This document shows, one piece after another, positions 53,588 through 63,544 of a stretch of 64,000 nucleotides of DNA. Numbering within the stretch: the stretch's first letter is position 1; every line of letters starts with the position of its first letter. The stretch covers positions 1,561,774 through 1,625,773 of the forward strand of contig OZ241456.1 in the NCBI GenBank assembly GCA_965200875.1. Direction: 5' to 3'. The notes beneath the pieces were generated by a model. That model did no database searches. It saw only the letters and a program-made list of their open reading frames with translations, and had not been told where the DNA came from. Origin of the DNA: Bdellovibrionales bacterium (GTDB lineage: Bacteria; Bdellovibrionota; Bdellovibrionia; Bdellovibrionales; UBA1609). A program made the translations under genes and the position numbers.

Positions 53588-55491
53588 CTCCGAAAAAAAA
53601 TCACCAAGATCAGGACTCTCCGGCTCAAAGCCGAATACGCAATTTTTCCATAATTGCCCATATTGATCATGGTAAATCCACCTTGGCGGATTGTTTTTTG
53701 GAGTTCACCAAAGCTGTGGATGAAAGACAAAAAAAAGAACAGTTTTTGGATCAAATGGAACTAGAAAGAGAACGGGGAATTACCATTAAAGCACAAACCG
53801 TGCGCCTTTCTTATAAAGCAAAAGATGGTTTAGTGTATCAGCTGAATTTAATAGATACTCCAGGTCATGTTGATTTTTCTTATGAAGTGTCCCGCTCTCT
53901 TTCCGCTTGTGAAGGGGTTTTGCTGGTGGTGGACGCATCACAAGGAGTGGAAGCGCAAACAATGGCTCATGCCTCTTTGGCTTTAACCAAAGACCTGATA
54001 ATTATTCCCGTATTAAATAAAATTGATCTTCCTGCTTCTCAACCGGATGAGGTTTCTCTTCAACTGGAAGAGCTTATAGGAATCAAAAAAGAAGAAATTA
54101 TTTTTGTCAGTGCCAAGGAGAAAATCGGCATTCAAGATATATTGGAAAGAGTGGTTCGTGATATTCCTCCACCTTCTGCTCTTAACTTGAGTACTCCTGA
54201 AAATAAGAAATCATCCGGTAATCAAATCATGGATCATTCCCCCTCCTCCCCGATAGCGGAAGGCTTTTTACGCGCTTTGATTTTTGATTCTTGGTTTGAC
54301 AGCTATCAAGGGGTGGTGATTTTATGTCGTGTGGTTGAAGGGCGAATTAAAGTGGGGGATGAAGTGCGTTTTATACAGGGCCGAAAAGAAAGCACGGTAT
54401 TGAAATTGGGAGTTTTTACCCCTTTTCCTTATAATTTGAAAGAGCTTAAAACCGGAGAAGTGGGTTTTGTGATTACAGGCATTAAAGGTATAAAGGATGT
54501 TATTGTGGGGGACACTTTAACCCATACCGAAGCACCGGCTTTGTCTCCTCTGGCTGGTTTTAAAAAGCTTAAACCTCTGGTGTTTTCCAGTTTGTTTCCT
54601 TCTGATTCCAAGGATTTTGTTCAGCTGAAAACCGCTTTGGAAAAACTGGTTCTCAATGATTCCTCTTTGGTTTTTGAAACAGAAAACTCTCCTGCTCTGG
54701 GTTTTGGCTTTCGATGTGGTTTTTTGGGATTACTGCATCTGGAGATTATTCAAGAACGGTTGGAAAGAGAATTTAATCTGAATCTGATTATCACAGCCCC
54801 CTCTGTTATTTATAAAGTGTTTACAAAAGCAGGAGAAGTTCAGAAACTGGATAACCCCTCTGCTTTACTTGATCCTTCCAAGATTGAACATATTGAAGAA
54901 CCTTTTGTTCGCGTTGATATTCATTCTCCTAGTGAATATGTAGGGGGTATTTTAAAACTTTGTGAAGAAAGAAGAGGAGAGCAGATTCGAATGGAATACA
55001 GCTCAGGAAACAGAATGATTATAGAGTATCGTCTTCCCATGAGTGAGATCGTAATGGATTTTCATGATCGTTTAAAGTCTGTTTCGCGCGGTTATGCTTC
55101 GATGGAATATGAGTGGATGGGCTTTTCTCCCTCAGAGCTGGTGAAATTGGATATTTTATTAAATGGAGAAAAAGTAGACGCGCTATCTGTGATTTTGCAT
55201 CGTTCAAAAGCACAAAAGAAAGGCCGTGCTCTGGTGAAGAAATTAAAGGAGCTTATTCATAGACAACAGTATCAGATAGCCATTCAAGCTGGCATAGGTT
55301 CCAAAATTATTGCGAGGGAAACTATCAGTGCTTTAAGAAAAGATGTGACAGCCAAGTGTTATGGAGGGGATATTACCAGAAAGAGAAAACTGTTGGAAAA
55401 ACAAAAAAAAGGAAAAAAAAGGATGAAAGCCATTGGGAAAGTGGATGTGCCTCAATCTGCTTTTATGGCTGTATTAAAAGCAGATGATTAA
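53584..55491 (+). CDS. lepA: Translation elongation factor 4
   Basis: IRNFSIIAHIDHGKSTLAD, DTPGHVDF, NKIDL, and the LepA C-terminal domain. Carries an N-terminal extension and a ~30-aa insert. Confidence 0.92.
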   Translation: MTPKKNHQDQDSPAQSRIRNFSIIAHIDHGKSTLADCFLEFTKAVDERQKKEQFLDQMELERERGITIKAQTVRLSYKAKDGLVYQLNLIDTPGHVDFSYEVSRSLSACEGVLLVVDASQGVEAQTMAHASLALTKDLIIIPVLNKIDLPASQPDEVSLQLEELIGIKKEEIIFVSAKEKIGIQDILERVVRDIPPPSALNLSTPENKKSSGNQIMDHSPSSPIAEGFLRALIFDSWFDSYQGVVILCRVVEGRIKVGDEVRFIQGRKESTVLKLGVFTPFPYNLKELKTGEVGFVITGIKGIKDVIVGDTLTHTEAPALSPLAGFKKLKPLVFSSLFPSDSKDFVQLKTALEKLVLNDSSLVFETENSPALGFGFRCGFLGLLHLEIIQERLEREFNLNLIITAPSVIYKVFTKAGEVQKLDNPSALLDPSKIEHIEEPFVRVDIHSPSEYVGGILKLCEERRGEQIRMEYSSGNRMIIEYRLPMSEIVMDFHDRLKSVSRGYASMEYEWMGFSPSELVKLDILLNGEKVDALSVILHRSKAQKKGRALVKKLKELIHRQQYQIAIQAGIGSKIIARETISALRKDVTAKCYGGDITRKRKLLEKQKKGKKRMKAIGKVDVPQSAFMAVLKADD

Positions 55492-56539
55492 AAAGTTCAC
55501 CGGCTTTTTTGCCGGCATTTTTATTTTTATTTGGGTGATTTTGATTGCTCTTTTTTTAAGATGGAGCATGTTGGAAGTGTATGTTCTACCCTTTCATGGA
55601 ATGATGCCCACTCTTTTTCCAAACGATCATGTTATTGTGAATAAAATGGCTTATGGTTTGCGCTGGCCTTTTTCCTCTCGTTATGTTTCAAACTGGTCTG
55701 AACCAAAAAGAGGGGAAGTTATTGTCTTTCGATCTCCTTTTGATCCGGATTCGCTTTCCATACGCAGAGTGATTGGCATTCCAGGAGATCGCATATTTTT
55801 TGAAAATGGCAATTTGTACATAAATGAAAAAAAAGTTATTAAACGTCTGCCCTCTCTTCGAAAAAAAGATTTTTCCTGGGTCAGAGATGAGGATTTTTCG
55901 GATGGAGGCAAAACAGAAGATAAAAGCCATTATGTTCATTGGGAGGAGACTCTTTCCGATTCCTCTTACAGTATTTTACTGAAAAAGAGAGAAAAAAATT
56001 ACTTGATTTTTGGCCCTTATCGCGTCCCACCCCGGTATTATTTTGTGATGGGAGATCACAGGGATCAGTCTCAGGATAGCAGGACCTGGCCAGCGCGCAT
56101 TCAAAAAGCAAAAGGAATGGTGACTTTTTCCCGTTTATCTGCTGGAGATGAAACTATTTCCATTCCCAAGAGCACTTTGGTTCGAACAGGTGATTTGAAA
56201 TTGCCGGAATATTTTGAAACTAAGCAGGATACTTTACTAAAAGGACCTTTTGTGGAGGTGAAAGTATCCGCGAAAAAAGCAGGTTTGGCGGGGAATGTGT
56301 CTGCTGGGCAGATAAATGTTATTGAAGGGAAATTATCCCATCATCTGAGTGTGAATAATGTAAAGGCTCTCAAAGGAGGCTTAGATGAGAATCTGGTGTT
56401 GGAATCGGATATTTTAGGTAAAGTCATTCGGGTTTGGTTTAGCTGTGAAAAAACTTTAACAGGTGTTCCCTTTCTTTGTGATCCCCGATATATGAGATGG
56501 AATCGCACTTTTTTCCCCATTCACCAGAAAAATATTTAA
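55484..56539 (+). CDS. lepB: Signal peptidase I, long form
   Basis: N-terminal TM, then a GMMPTL segment at the position of the usual SMxPTL Ser box (the nucleophile Ser is not obvious here), RGEVIVFRSP, and GDHRDQSQDSR boxes. Sits downstream of lepA. Confidence 0.8.
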   Translation: MIKKFTGFFAGIFIFIWVILIALFLRWSMLEVYVLPFHGMMPTLFPNDHVIVNKMAYGLRWPFSSRYVSNWSEPKRGEVIVFRSPFDPDSLSIRRVIGIPGDRIFFENGNLYINEKKVIKRLPSLRKKDFSWVRDEDFSDGGKTEDKSHYVHWEETLSDSSYSILLKKREKNYLIFGPYRVPPRYYFVMGDHRDQSQDSRTWPARIQKAKGMVTFSRLSAGDETISIPKSTLVRTGDLKLPEYFETKQDTLLKGPFVEVKVSAKKAGLAGNVSAGQINVIEGKLSHHLSVNNVKALKGGLDENLVLESDILGKVIRVWFSCEKTLTGVPFLCDPRYMRWNRTFFPIHQKNI

Positions 56540-56739
56540 TTCTTATTGGTTTAGTGGTGATGAAACATTTTTTAATTTGCTTGTTTCATGTCATCCTGAT
56601 AAAGTAAGACATCAGTGTTTGTTCAAAAAAATACTTTAAACTGAGTCGGTTGGGAAGTAATTGTGGTTCTTTTTTCATCTGCTTTAGTATGGTGGCCAAG
56701 CTGTGGAGATTTACAAAATTCAAGCCGAAGGAGAATAAT

Positions 56740-57708
56740 ATGGAAAAAAAATCCCCCTCAAACAAAAAAACACTTTTAGGTATAGACGATTTATCCACTA
56801 AAGATCTTGAGTTCATTCTTCAGACAGCCGGGCTGTTTAAGAAAGAATTTTATAAAACTGGTCGCATTATTCATTGTATTGACTCTGAACAAACAAAGGG
56901 CATGGTGGTTCAGCTGTTGTTTGCTGAACCCAGCACACGCACCCGCGCCAGTTTTGAAGTGGCTTGTGGAAAACTGGGAATAGCAGTGACTTCTTTATGG
57001 AATCTGCATTTTTCCAGTATGGCAAAAGGGGAAACCCTAGAGGATACTCTTCAGTGTCTTATTGCTTTAAAACCCAATATGATTGTGATTCGTTGTGGAG
57101 ATTTTAAATCTGCGGAGAATTTTTTACGCTCAAGTCCCATACCTGTTATTAATGCAGGACTGGGGGCTATGGAGCATCCTACTCAGGCTTTAGTGGATGC
57201 CTTTACCATTAAAGAGAAAAAAGGAAAAATAGAAAATGAAAAAGTGCTAATTGTTGGAGATGTTTTACACTCCCGTGTGGCCAATTCCAATTTAAAATTG
57301 CTTGCTCGTCTTGGAGCTAAGCTTGGAATGTGTACTCCTGAATCATTAAGCCCCGCAGATAAACAAGCTTGGAAAGATGTGGTTCGTTTTGATTCATTGG
57401 AAACCGGTATTAAGTGGGCAGATGTCATAATGTGTTTAAGGGTACAAAGGGAAAGACATTCTTTGCGCAACATTGGTTTCTCTATGGCTGAGTACAGGGA
57501 CAATTATCGAATTGGGCAGGAGGAAATGGATGTTTTCCATCCTGATGGTGTGCTTTTACACCCTGGTCCGGCAGTACGAGGTGTGGAAATTTCAAATCAG
57601 GCTTTAGATGATTCACGCTGTCATATTGTGACTCAAGTGGAAAACGGCTCACATGTTCGTTCAGCTATCATAACCCTCATGTTGAATTTGGAGATAAAAT
57701 CATTATGA
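56740..57708 (+). CDS. pyrB: Aspartate carbamoyltransferase catalytic subunit
   Basis: FAEPSTRTRASFE, HPTQAL and HPGP motifs. Start at the ATG at 56740 with an AAGGAGA RBS. Confidence 0.9.
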   Translation: MEKKSPSNKKTLLGIDDLSTKDLEFILQTAGLFKKEFYKTGRIIHCIDSEQTKGMVVQLLFAEPSTRTRASFEVACGKLGIAVTSLWNLHFSSMAKGETLEDTLQCLIALKPNMIVIRCGDFKSAENFLRSSPIPVINAGLGAMEHPTQALVDAFTIKEKKGKIENEKVLIVGDVLHSRVANSNLKLLARLGAKLGMCTPESLSPADKQAWKDVVRFDSLETGIKWADVIMCLRVQRERHSLRNIGFSMAEYRDNYRIGQEEMDVFHPDGVLLHPGPAVRGVEISNQALDDSRCHIVTQVENGSHVRSAIITLMLNLEIKSL

Positions 57709-58805
57709 ATCAGACAGAACCTGCTTCAAAAACAGAGGCTGGATTTCTTGTTCTGGAAACAGGTGAAGTATTTAGCGGGCGATTCCTTGGAGGTACAGAG
57801 CGCGCAGGAGAAGTGGTGTTTAACACTTCCCATAGTGGTTATGAGGAAATGGCCACAGATCCTTCTTATTTTAATCAAATTTTAGTGATGACAGCTCCCA
57901 TGCAGGGAAACTATGGAGATAGTGATGAGGTTTGGGAATCTTCCCGCATTCATATTCAGGCATTGGTGTGCATGGAAATGCAGGATAATCAAAAAAATTC
58001 CGGATGGAAAAACAAATTAATTTCTTATGGTGTTCCGATTTTATCAGAGGTGGATACCCGGTCTCTTGTATTACTTTTAAGAAAAAAAGAGGGGCTTTGG
58101 GGAGCTTTAGTAAGAGGGTCGGACTGGCAAAAGGCTAAAAAGCGGGCTGGTCATTTTATTGTGGCCGGTCAGAAAATGGAAAAAGATTGGCCTTTCATGG
58201 TAGCGAGAAAATCACCAGAGGAAATAAAAGGGAATAAAGCCAAAGGGCCACGCGTGGCGGTTATGGATTTTGGCTGTAAGCAAAATATTATTCGAGAATT
58301 GGTGAAAAGATGTAGTGCTGTTTGTGTATTTCCTCCTCGTGTTTCCGCAAAGGAGATTATGGTTTGGAAACCTTCCGGTCTTCTGCTTTCCAACGGACCT
58401 GGAGATCCTGCGCAGGTAAAACAAGCCGTAGACACAGTGCGCACACTTTTGGGGGAGATTTTTATTTTTGGAATTTGCATGGGTCATCAGATTCTGGCTT
58501 TGGCTTTAGGAGGGAAAACCTATCGTTTGAAATTCGGGCACAGGGGAAGCAATCATCCCGTCCGAGATGAGTTACTGAAAAAAATTTATGTGACCAGCCA
58601 AAATCATGGTTACGCCGTAAAAAAGGAAAGTCTACCTTCTTCCATTCAGGTGACTCATACCAATTTGAATGACAACACTGTGGAAGGTTTTTTTTCAAAG
58701 AAAGAGAACTGCCTAGGGATTCAATTTCATCCTGAAAGTCATCCCGGCCCCCGTGAAGCTAAAGACCTGTTTGATTTTTTTATAAAATCCCTGAAGAGAA
58801 AATAA
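57705..58805 (+). CDS. carA: Carbamoyl-phosphate synthase small (glutaminase) subunit
   Basis: GICMGHQ nucleophile elbow and a C-terminal FHPE region. Overlaps the pyrB stop by 4 nt. Confidence 0.9.
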   Translation: MNQTEPASKTEAGFLVLETGEVFSGRFLGGTERAGEVVFNTSHSGYEEMATDPSYFNQILVMTAPMQGNYGDSDEVWESSRIHIQALVCMEMQDNQKNSGWKNKLISYGVPILSEVDTRSLVLLLRKKEGLWGALVRGSDWQKAKKRAGHFIVAGQKMEKDWPFMVARKSPEEIKGNKAKGPRVAVMDFGCKQNIIRELVKRCSAVCVFPPRVSAKEIMVWKPSGLLLSNGPGDPAQVKQAVDTVRTLLGEIFIFGICMGHQILALALGGKTYRLKFGHRGSNHPVRDELLKKIYVTSQNHGYAVKKESLPSSIQVTHTNLNDNTVEGFFSKKENCLGIQFHPESHPGPREAKDLFDFFIKSLKRK

Positions 58806-58832
58806 GCCGTCGTACACAATAAAGTGTAAACA

Positions 58833-60293
58833 TTATCTTCTGTGAGTGCGCAAATTTCTTCTCAGAAACAAGACAAAAGAACCTAGAACAATCAATAAAG
58901 AACCAAAGTATTTTATGAATCTCCCGGGATCTTTATTTATGGAAAACACACTAGCCACCGGCACACCTCTTTCATCTTCTTCAAAACCAGACTGATAAAT
59001 GGTGTAACCAGCAAACTTTAAAGGATGATTCATGGAAATAATTTTTGTATTTTCTCCCTGATTCACTTGCACCTCACTTTCGTAACCTTCAGCTTTAAAA
59101 CTGGAAGGGTACCTGACCACTTTAAAATTCTTTAACCGTAACTGAAAACCTAGGTCTTTTCTTTCGTTAATGTAGGCCACTATATATACTTTATCCTCAT
59201 CAAAGAAAAACAAATGTGAGTTAAGCCCCATCCACTTTTTTTCGCCTTTAAACTCCACCTGAATGGCTGAATGAGTCCGCTCACTCACTCTTTTTTGAGG
59301 GATGAATAAAGTATCCGGCAACGCCTTGGGCAAATACTCCAGCAAACGAAATTCAAAATCCATCCAACCGGTTTTTATACGACTGAGAGCTGAAATATCC
59401 TCTCTTAAATTCTCTTTTTTCAGACCCGCATCCCGCAAAGCGGAACCCGTTTGCAAAAAACCTTCCTGGTGTTTTTTCGATCCTGGTTTTTGTAGTCTGT
59501 ATTTTAGTTTTTCCCCTTCGGGTGACAACAAAAGCCGAGGCAACTCTCTCTTTCGTGTGGCAGATTGACTCTTAAGCTTTTTCTCTGGTGGCAAAGATTT
59601 TAATAAAATAATTTCTGCAGGTCCCAAAGGTAATTTTACCTGATCCATCCAAGGAGGCTTAAACATCCATTTTACTATCTGCGTCTGACTTCCGACTATC
59701 TGAAAACGCAAAGCCGGCCCTCCCCTTAAAGCCGGCTCATACTTTTCACGAGCCAAAGCAGAAGGATAAAAAGCAGTTATTTTCAGCATATCAGCACCTA
59801 TTTGCGCGATATGAGGTTTTCCCGGACGAGGAGGACTGCGAAAAAAATAAACCTGTTTTCGATACAATTCCGTTAAATTTTTTGCGTCAAAAGAGGAGTA
59901 CATCATAAGCAAAGCGGATTCTGTGACAATTTGCGATCCCTCTTCCTCCAAAGCCAACCTTAAATTGCCATCCACACCGTAAAACCGGGTGATTACAGAC
60001 CCTGTAAGCACAAATATAATGCCAAAATGCGCCAGTAAAAAAGCAATATGTTTTTTTTTCCACGGCCAACGATCAATCATTACAGCAATAATATTGAGAG
60101 CCAAAAGAGAGGCAAGCACTGTCATCCAGGTAGAACGATAAATAAGCTCTTGAGCGGCAACACGTCCTTGAGCCGACTCATAAAAAGTGCCCACAGCAAA
60201 TAACAAAACCAATGCTGACAAAGTCAAAACAGCCAACTTAAGGGAACAAAAAAAGCTATATATATAAGTTAGGAAGTTTATTATAAATTTCAA
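58833..60293 (-). CDS. ResB/Ccs1-family cytochrome c biogenesis protein
   Basis: N-terminal TM pair, a large periplasmic region, and a C-terminal TM with the GYTIYQSGF region typical of ResB. The TTG start is uncertain and overlaps the upstream gene by 38 nt. Confidence 0.55.
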   Translation of the reverse strand: MKFIINFLTYIYSFFCSLKLAVLTLSALVLLFAVGTFYESAQGRVAAQELIYRSTWMTVLASLLALNIIAVMIDRWPWKKKHIAFLLAHFGIIFVLTGSVITRFYGVDGNLRLALEEEGSQIVTESALLMMYSSFDAKNLTELYRKQVYFFRSPPRPGKPHIAQIGADMLKITAFYPSALAREKYEPALRGGPALRFQIVGSQTQIVKWMFKPPWMDQVKLPLGPAEIILLKSLPPEKKLKSQSATRKRELPRLLLSPEGEKLKYRLQKPGSKKHQEGFLQTGSALRDAGLKKENLREDISALSRIKTGWMDFEFRLLEYLPKALPDTLFIPQKRVSERTHSAIQVEFKGEKKWMGLNSHLFFFDEDKVYIVAYINERKDLGFQLRLKNFKVVRYPSSFKAEGYESEVQVNQGENTKIISMNHPLKFAGYTIYQSGFEEDERGVPVASVFSINKDPGRFIKYFGSLLIVLGSFVLFLRRNLRTHRR

Positions 60294-61083
60294 AAATCAC
60301 CTTACTTAGACGCTGTTTTACCGGTTCTGCTTTTTCAGGAACAATTTGTTTACTGCTTTCATTCATATACAACTTGCGATTCAGCTCAATCATTAAAGCC
60401 TGCCGGCCATCCTTCGGGCAACCGTATTTTTCCACAATAGTTCCTCCTGTATAAGGGTGATTTAAACATACTTCAAAACCCTGATTCCGATAAGCCGTTA
60501 TCACCTGCTCCGTCCATTCGGCTGTGGCAGTTTTTCCTTTTTCGTTTCCTATAACTATATCGGCTCTGTATTCACCAGGATCTCTGTGCGCGTTTGTTCC
60601 TTGGGAGGGCATACTGTGAATATCCAAATGATAAATATTTTCGGCACCAGTTTTATTCAAGCTTTCGTAAAGGGAGTCAATATCGCGAAAAAAACCTTCA
60701 TAATATTTTTTCAAAATATTTTCGTGTAACTGCCGGCTTAAAGGGTTTTTAAATAAAACATAACCAGCTGTTGTTTTTCTCCAATGAAGTCCTGTGGGAT
60801 GAGAACCGGAAGGATTGCCACTACCTTCCAAGGAATCACAGTCTACATCCGTGGGCCAACGGTTGCAATCCACCACATAACGATGATATGGAGTGACCAC
60901 TGTTGGTATTTTATGTTGATCCAAAGCTGACTGATACATATCAGCCACAAAGCGATCCACATCATACATTAAAGTCACTTCATCCAGCTCTTTAAGCCAA
61001 GGACATTCTTCCACTACCTGTTCCCCGTTATGGGGAATGCTGACTAAAATCGATTTTTTGCTTAAAGCGTGTTCTTTACTCAT
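60256..61083 (-). CDS. N-formylglutamate amidohydrolase family protein
   Basis: SIPHNG ..., DVDR, and LDIHSM motifs in FGase-like order. Confidence 0.55.
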   Translation of the reverse strand: MSKEHALSKKSILVSIPHNGEQVVEECPWLKELDEVTLMYDVDRFVADMYQSALDQHKIPTVVTPYHRYVVDCNRWPTDVDCDSLEGSGNPSGSHPTGLHWRKTTAGYVLFKNPLSRQLHENILKKYYEGFFRDIDSLYESLNKTGAENIYHLDIHSMPSQGTNAHRDPGEYRADIVIGNEKGKTATAEWTEQVITAYRNQGFEVCLNHPYTGGTIVEKYGCPKDGRQALMIELNRKLYMNESSKQIVPEKAEPVKQRLSKVIFEIYNKLPNLYI

Positions 61084-61101
61084 ACTCAGCTCCTTATTCC
61101 A

Positions 61102-62478
61102 CTATTTTGAAATAGAAATTGTTTTTACATTCATAAATTCATAAAAACCAAAACTGGATAATTCCCGACCGTATCCTGAATCTTTAATACCACCAAACGG
61201 AAGTGCCGGATGAGAATGCAAAGCCTGATTTACCACACATGCCCCTGCTTGCAAATAATTACGCGCCCATTTTTCGGCTTGTTCCATATCCCTGCTGAAA
61301 ACCGCCGCTCCCAAACCATAAGGAGAAATGTTAGCTTTCCGCAAAGCAGACTCTTCATCCGGCACAGTAATAATCCAAGCCACAGGACCAAACAGTTCTT
61401 CCTCAAAAACGCACACATTATCAGTAGTAGCATCGCTCTTCAAGACAGTAGGCGGATAAAAATATCCTTTTTGCTCAGGCAACTGCGCACCTAAAACCAC
61501 CTGCGCGCCCTTTGCCTTTAAAAAAGCTACCTGACTTTGCAAATGTTCCCTTAAGTCTTTGCGAGCCAAAGGCCCAAGAAGAGTATCGGGTAAAACAGGG
61601 TTTTCCATTTTATAGGACTTCATTTTTTCCACCACAAGAGCCGTAAATTTTTCCGCATTTTTTCTGGTGACTATAAAACGCTTGGCAGAAATACAACTTT
61701 GCCCGCTGTTATTCATCCGAGACAAAACACACTCTCTACTGGCCAATTCCAAATCCGCTGAATCCAAAATCACATAAGGATCGCTCCCTCCTAATTCCAA
61801 CACACTTTTTTTTAAATAACGACCCGCCAATGCAGAAACCACTCGACCAGCTTTTACGCTTCCGGTTAGAGAAAGCCCCCGTACGCGCCGATCGGCAATT
61901 ATTTTTTCTGTTTGTTCTATGGAGATAGGTAAATTCTGGTACACTCCCAAAGGAAAACCAGCCTTAATAAACAGTTTTTCCAGTTCAGTCGCACACAACA
62001 TAACATTAGGAGCATGTTTCAAAAACACAGTATTACCCCCCAACAAAACAGGTAGCGCGAAACGAAGCACCTGCCAAAAAGGAAAATTCCAAGGCATAAT
62101 ACCTAAAATAATCCCCAGAGGCTGAAAACTAACATAAGAGTTTTCAGGAGCAGAGGGCAGGTTGGTTTTATCCGCCAAAAAAACAGGAGCTTGTTCAGAC
62201 ACATATTCACAAAGCTTGATACACTTTTCCACTTCCGCCAATGACTGTTGAAGAGGTTTACCCATTTCATGGGTTATAAGAGTCGCCAAAGTTTTTTTTT
62301 CGGATTTTAAAAGGTTTTTTAAATTTTGAACAAAAACAATTCTTTTATGGATATCCAGAGCACTCCAGCTGGACAAAACACGAGTGGAAAAAGAAAATTT
62401 TTTCTCCAGTTCCTCATCAGACAGAAAAAGTGTCTCACCAAATTCTTCTTCTGTAAAAGGATTGATTGATCGAAACAT
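61102..62478 (-). CDS. NAD(P)-dependent aldehyde dehydrogenase (succinate-semialdehyde dehydrogenase-like)
   Basis: ALDH motifs FPFWQV, LELGGSDP, catalytic Cys in GQSCISAKR, and EELFGPV. Confidence 0.8.
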   Translation of the reverse strand: MFRSINPFTEEEFGETLFLSDEELEKKFSFSTRVLSSWSALDIHKRIVFVQNLKNLLKSEKKTLATLITHEMGKPLQQSLAEVEKCIKLCEYVSEQAPVFLADKTNLPSAPENSYVSFQPLGIILGIMPWNFPFWQVLRFALPVLLGGNTVFLKHAPNVMLCATELEKLFIKAGFPLGVYQNLPISIEQTEKIIADRRVRGLSLTGSVKAGRVVSALAGRYLKKSVLELGGSDPYVILDSADLELASRECVLSRMNNSGQSCISAKRFIVTRKNAEKFTALVVEKMKSYKMENPVLPDTLLGPLARKDLREHLQSQVAFLKAKGAQVVLGAQLPEQKGYFYPPTVLKSDATTDNVCVFEEELFGPVAWIITVPDEESALRKANISPYGLGAAVFSRDMEQAEKWARNYLQAGACVVNQALHSHPALPFGGIKDSGYGRELSSFGFYEFMNVKTISISK

Positions 62479-62486
62479 TTTTTATC

Positions 62487-63206
62487 TTAATGAAAAGAAG
62501 TGTCCAAAGAAAATGGCCCTGGAGTAAAAGGGCGAGATTTTGCCAGCTGTTTCCGTTTTAAAATCAACCACAACCAAGCCAGCTGAGAGTCCATTTCAAT
62601 CAAACCTTCAGCTGTAATAGATCCACGCGAGTTTTCTTCCTGTACAGAATCATGGGAAGGACTAATCAAAATACAGCGATCAATTTTACACATTTTTGCC
62701 ACGCTTTGAAAAGTATTTTTTTTGGATTTTTCTGAAAAATACAATAATGTAAATTTGGCAACTTTGCCCTGTTTCTTTTTATATACACTCAAATAGTTTG
62801 AATTGTACTTCTTGCTACAAAAAATTTTCATTATATTTTTTTCAAATGTTCCCACTTTTGCTGACACCAAGAGAGCACGGGAAGACCCCATTAAAAAGTC
62901 TGGAAGACCTGTAAGCCTGACCATGCGATCGTATAAACCCAAACTGATTAAAAAAGACATTAACTTCAAATGCACGGGAGAATCAAAAGTTTCCCCTTTA
63001 TTCGTTAAACCAAACATCCAAGCGGGTGGTTTTACTTTATATTTCTTTAAAATTTCCCGAGCTTTGGCCACACGCACCGCTACATCCGGGATTCGTAAGC
63101 AGTGAATAAACATCTCATTGGATTCCAGAACAAGATCATTAAAAACCGCTGCAGTTTTATGATATTGAACATCTTTTTTTGCCGGCAATTCATTTTTCTT
63201 ACGCAT
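62487..63206 (-). CDS. Hypothetical protein with weak acyltransferase (FabD-like) resemblance
   Basis: Long ORF 8 nt upstream of the ALDH gene. GLPDFLMGSSRALL loosely resembles the GHSLG elbow. Low-confidence function. Confidence 0.3.
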   Translation of the reverse strand: MRKKNELPAKKDVQYHKTAAVFNDLVLESNEMFIHCLRIPDVAVRVAKAREILKKYKVKPPAWMFGLTNKGETFDSPVHLKLMSFLISLGLYDRMVRLTGLPDFLMGSSRALLVSAKVGTFEKNIMKIFCSKKYNSNYLSVYKKKQGKVAKFTLLYFSEKSKKNTFQSVAKMCKIDRCILISPSHDSVQEENSRGSITAEGLIEMDSQLAWLWLILKRKQLAKSRPFTPGPFSLDTSFH

Positions 63207-63544
63207 CGGATAAATTCTCCTTAAATTATATTTTGTCGTTCAAGCGGTTCATGGCAACTCAAATAGATTATTATTTTCTCCTGATGAGTTTCAACAACAA
63301 AATATTAAAAAAAGCAACAAAACATTTAAAAAAACAACAAAACAAGTTACATTTTTACATCACTTTGAAAACATTTCACTTATCAGACTTCCAAATATCC
63401 TTATCTGAGGTGCCACTCCTTTCTGTTTCCAAGCCAATCACCCGGAAAGAAGTTTGCTACAAAAAAAGCAAACAGGACCTTGGTTTGTTCCAAAATCCGC
63501 TAAAAATATTGTGAAGGAGCTTTTGCCCTGATAAGCTTTTTTCA

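Noticed and set aside
56540-56739. PyrR-type attenuator or leader upstream of pyrB
   Set aside because: A hairpin is present (ATGAAACA...TGTTTCAT, about 56571-56600). There is no PyrR-binding consensus (ARUCCAGAGAGGYU) and no T-run, so support is insufficient.
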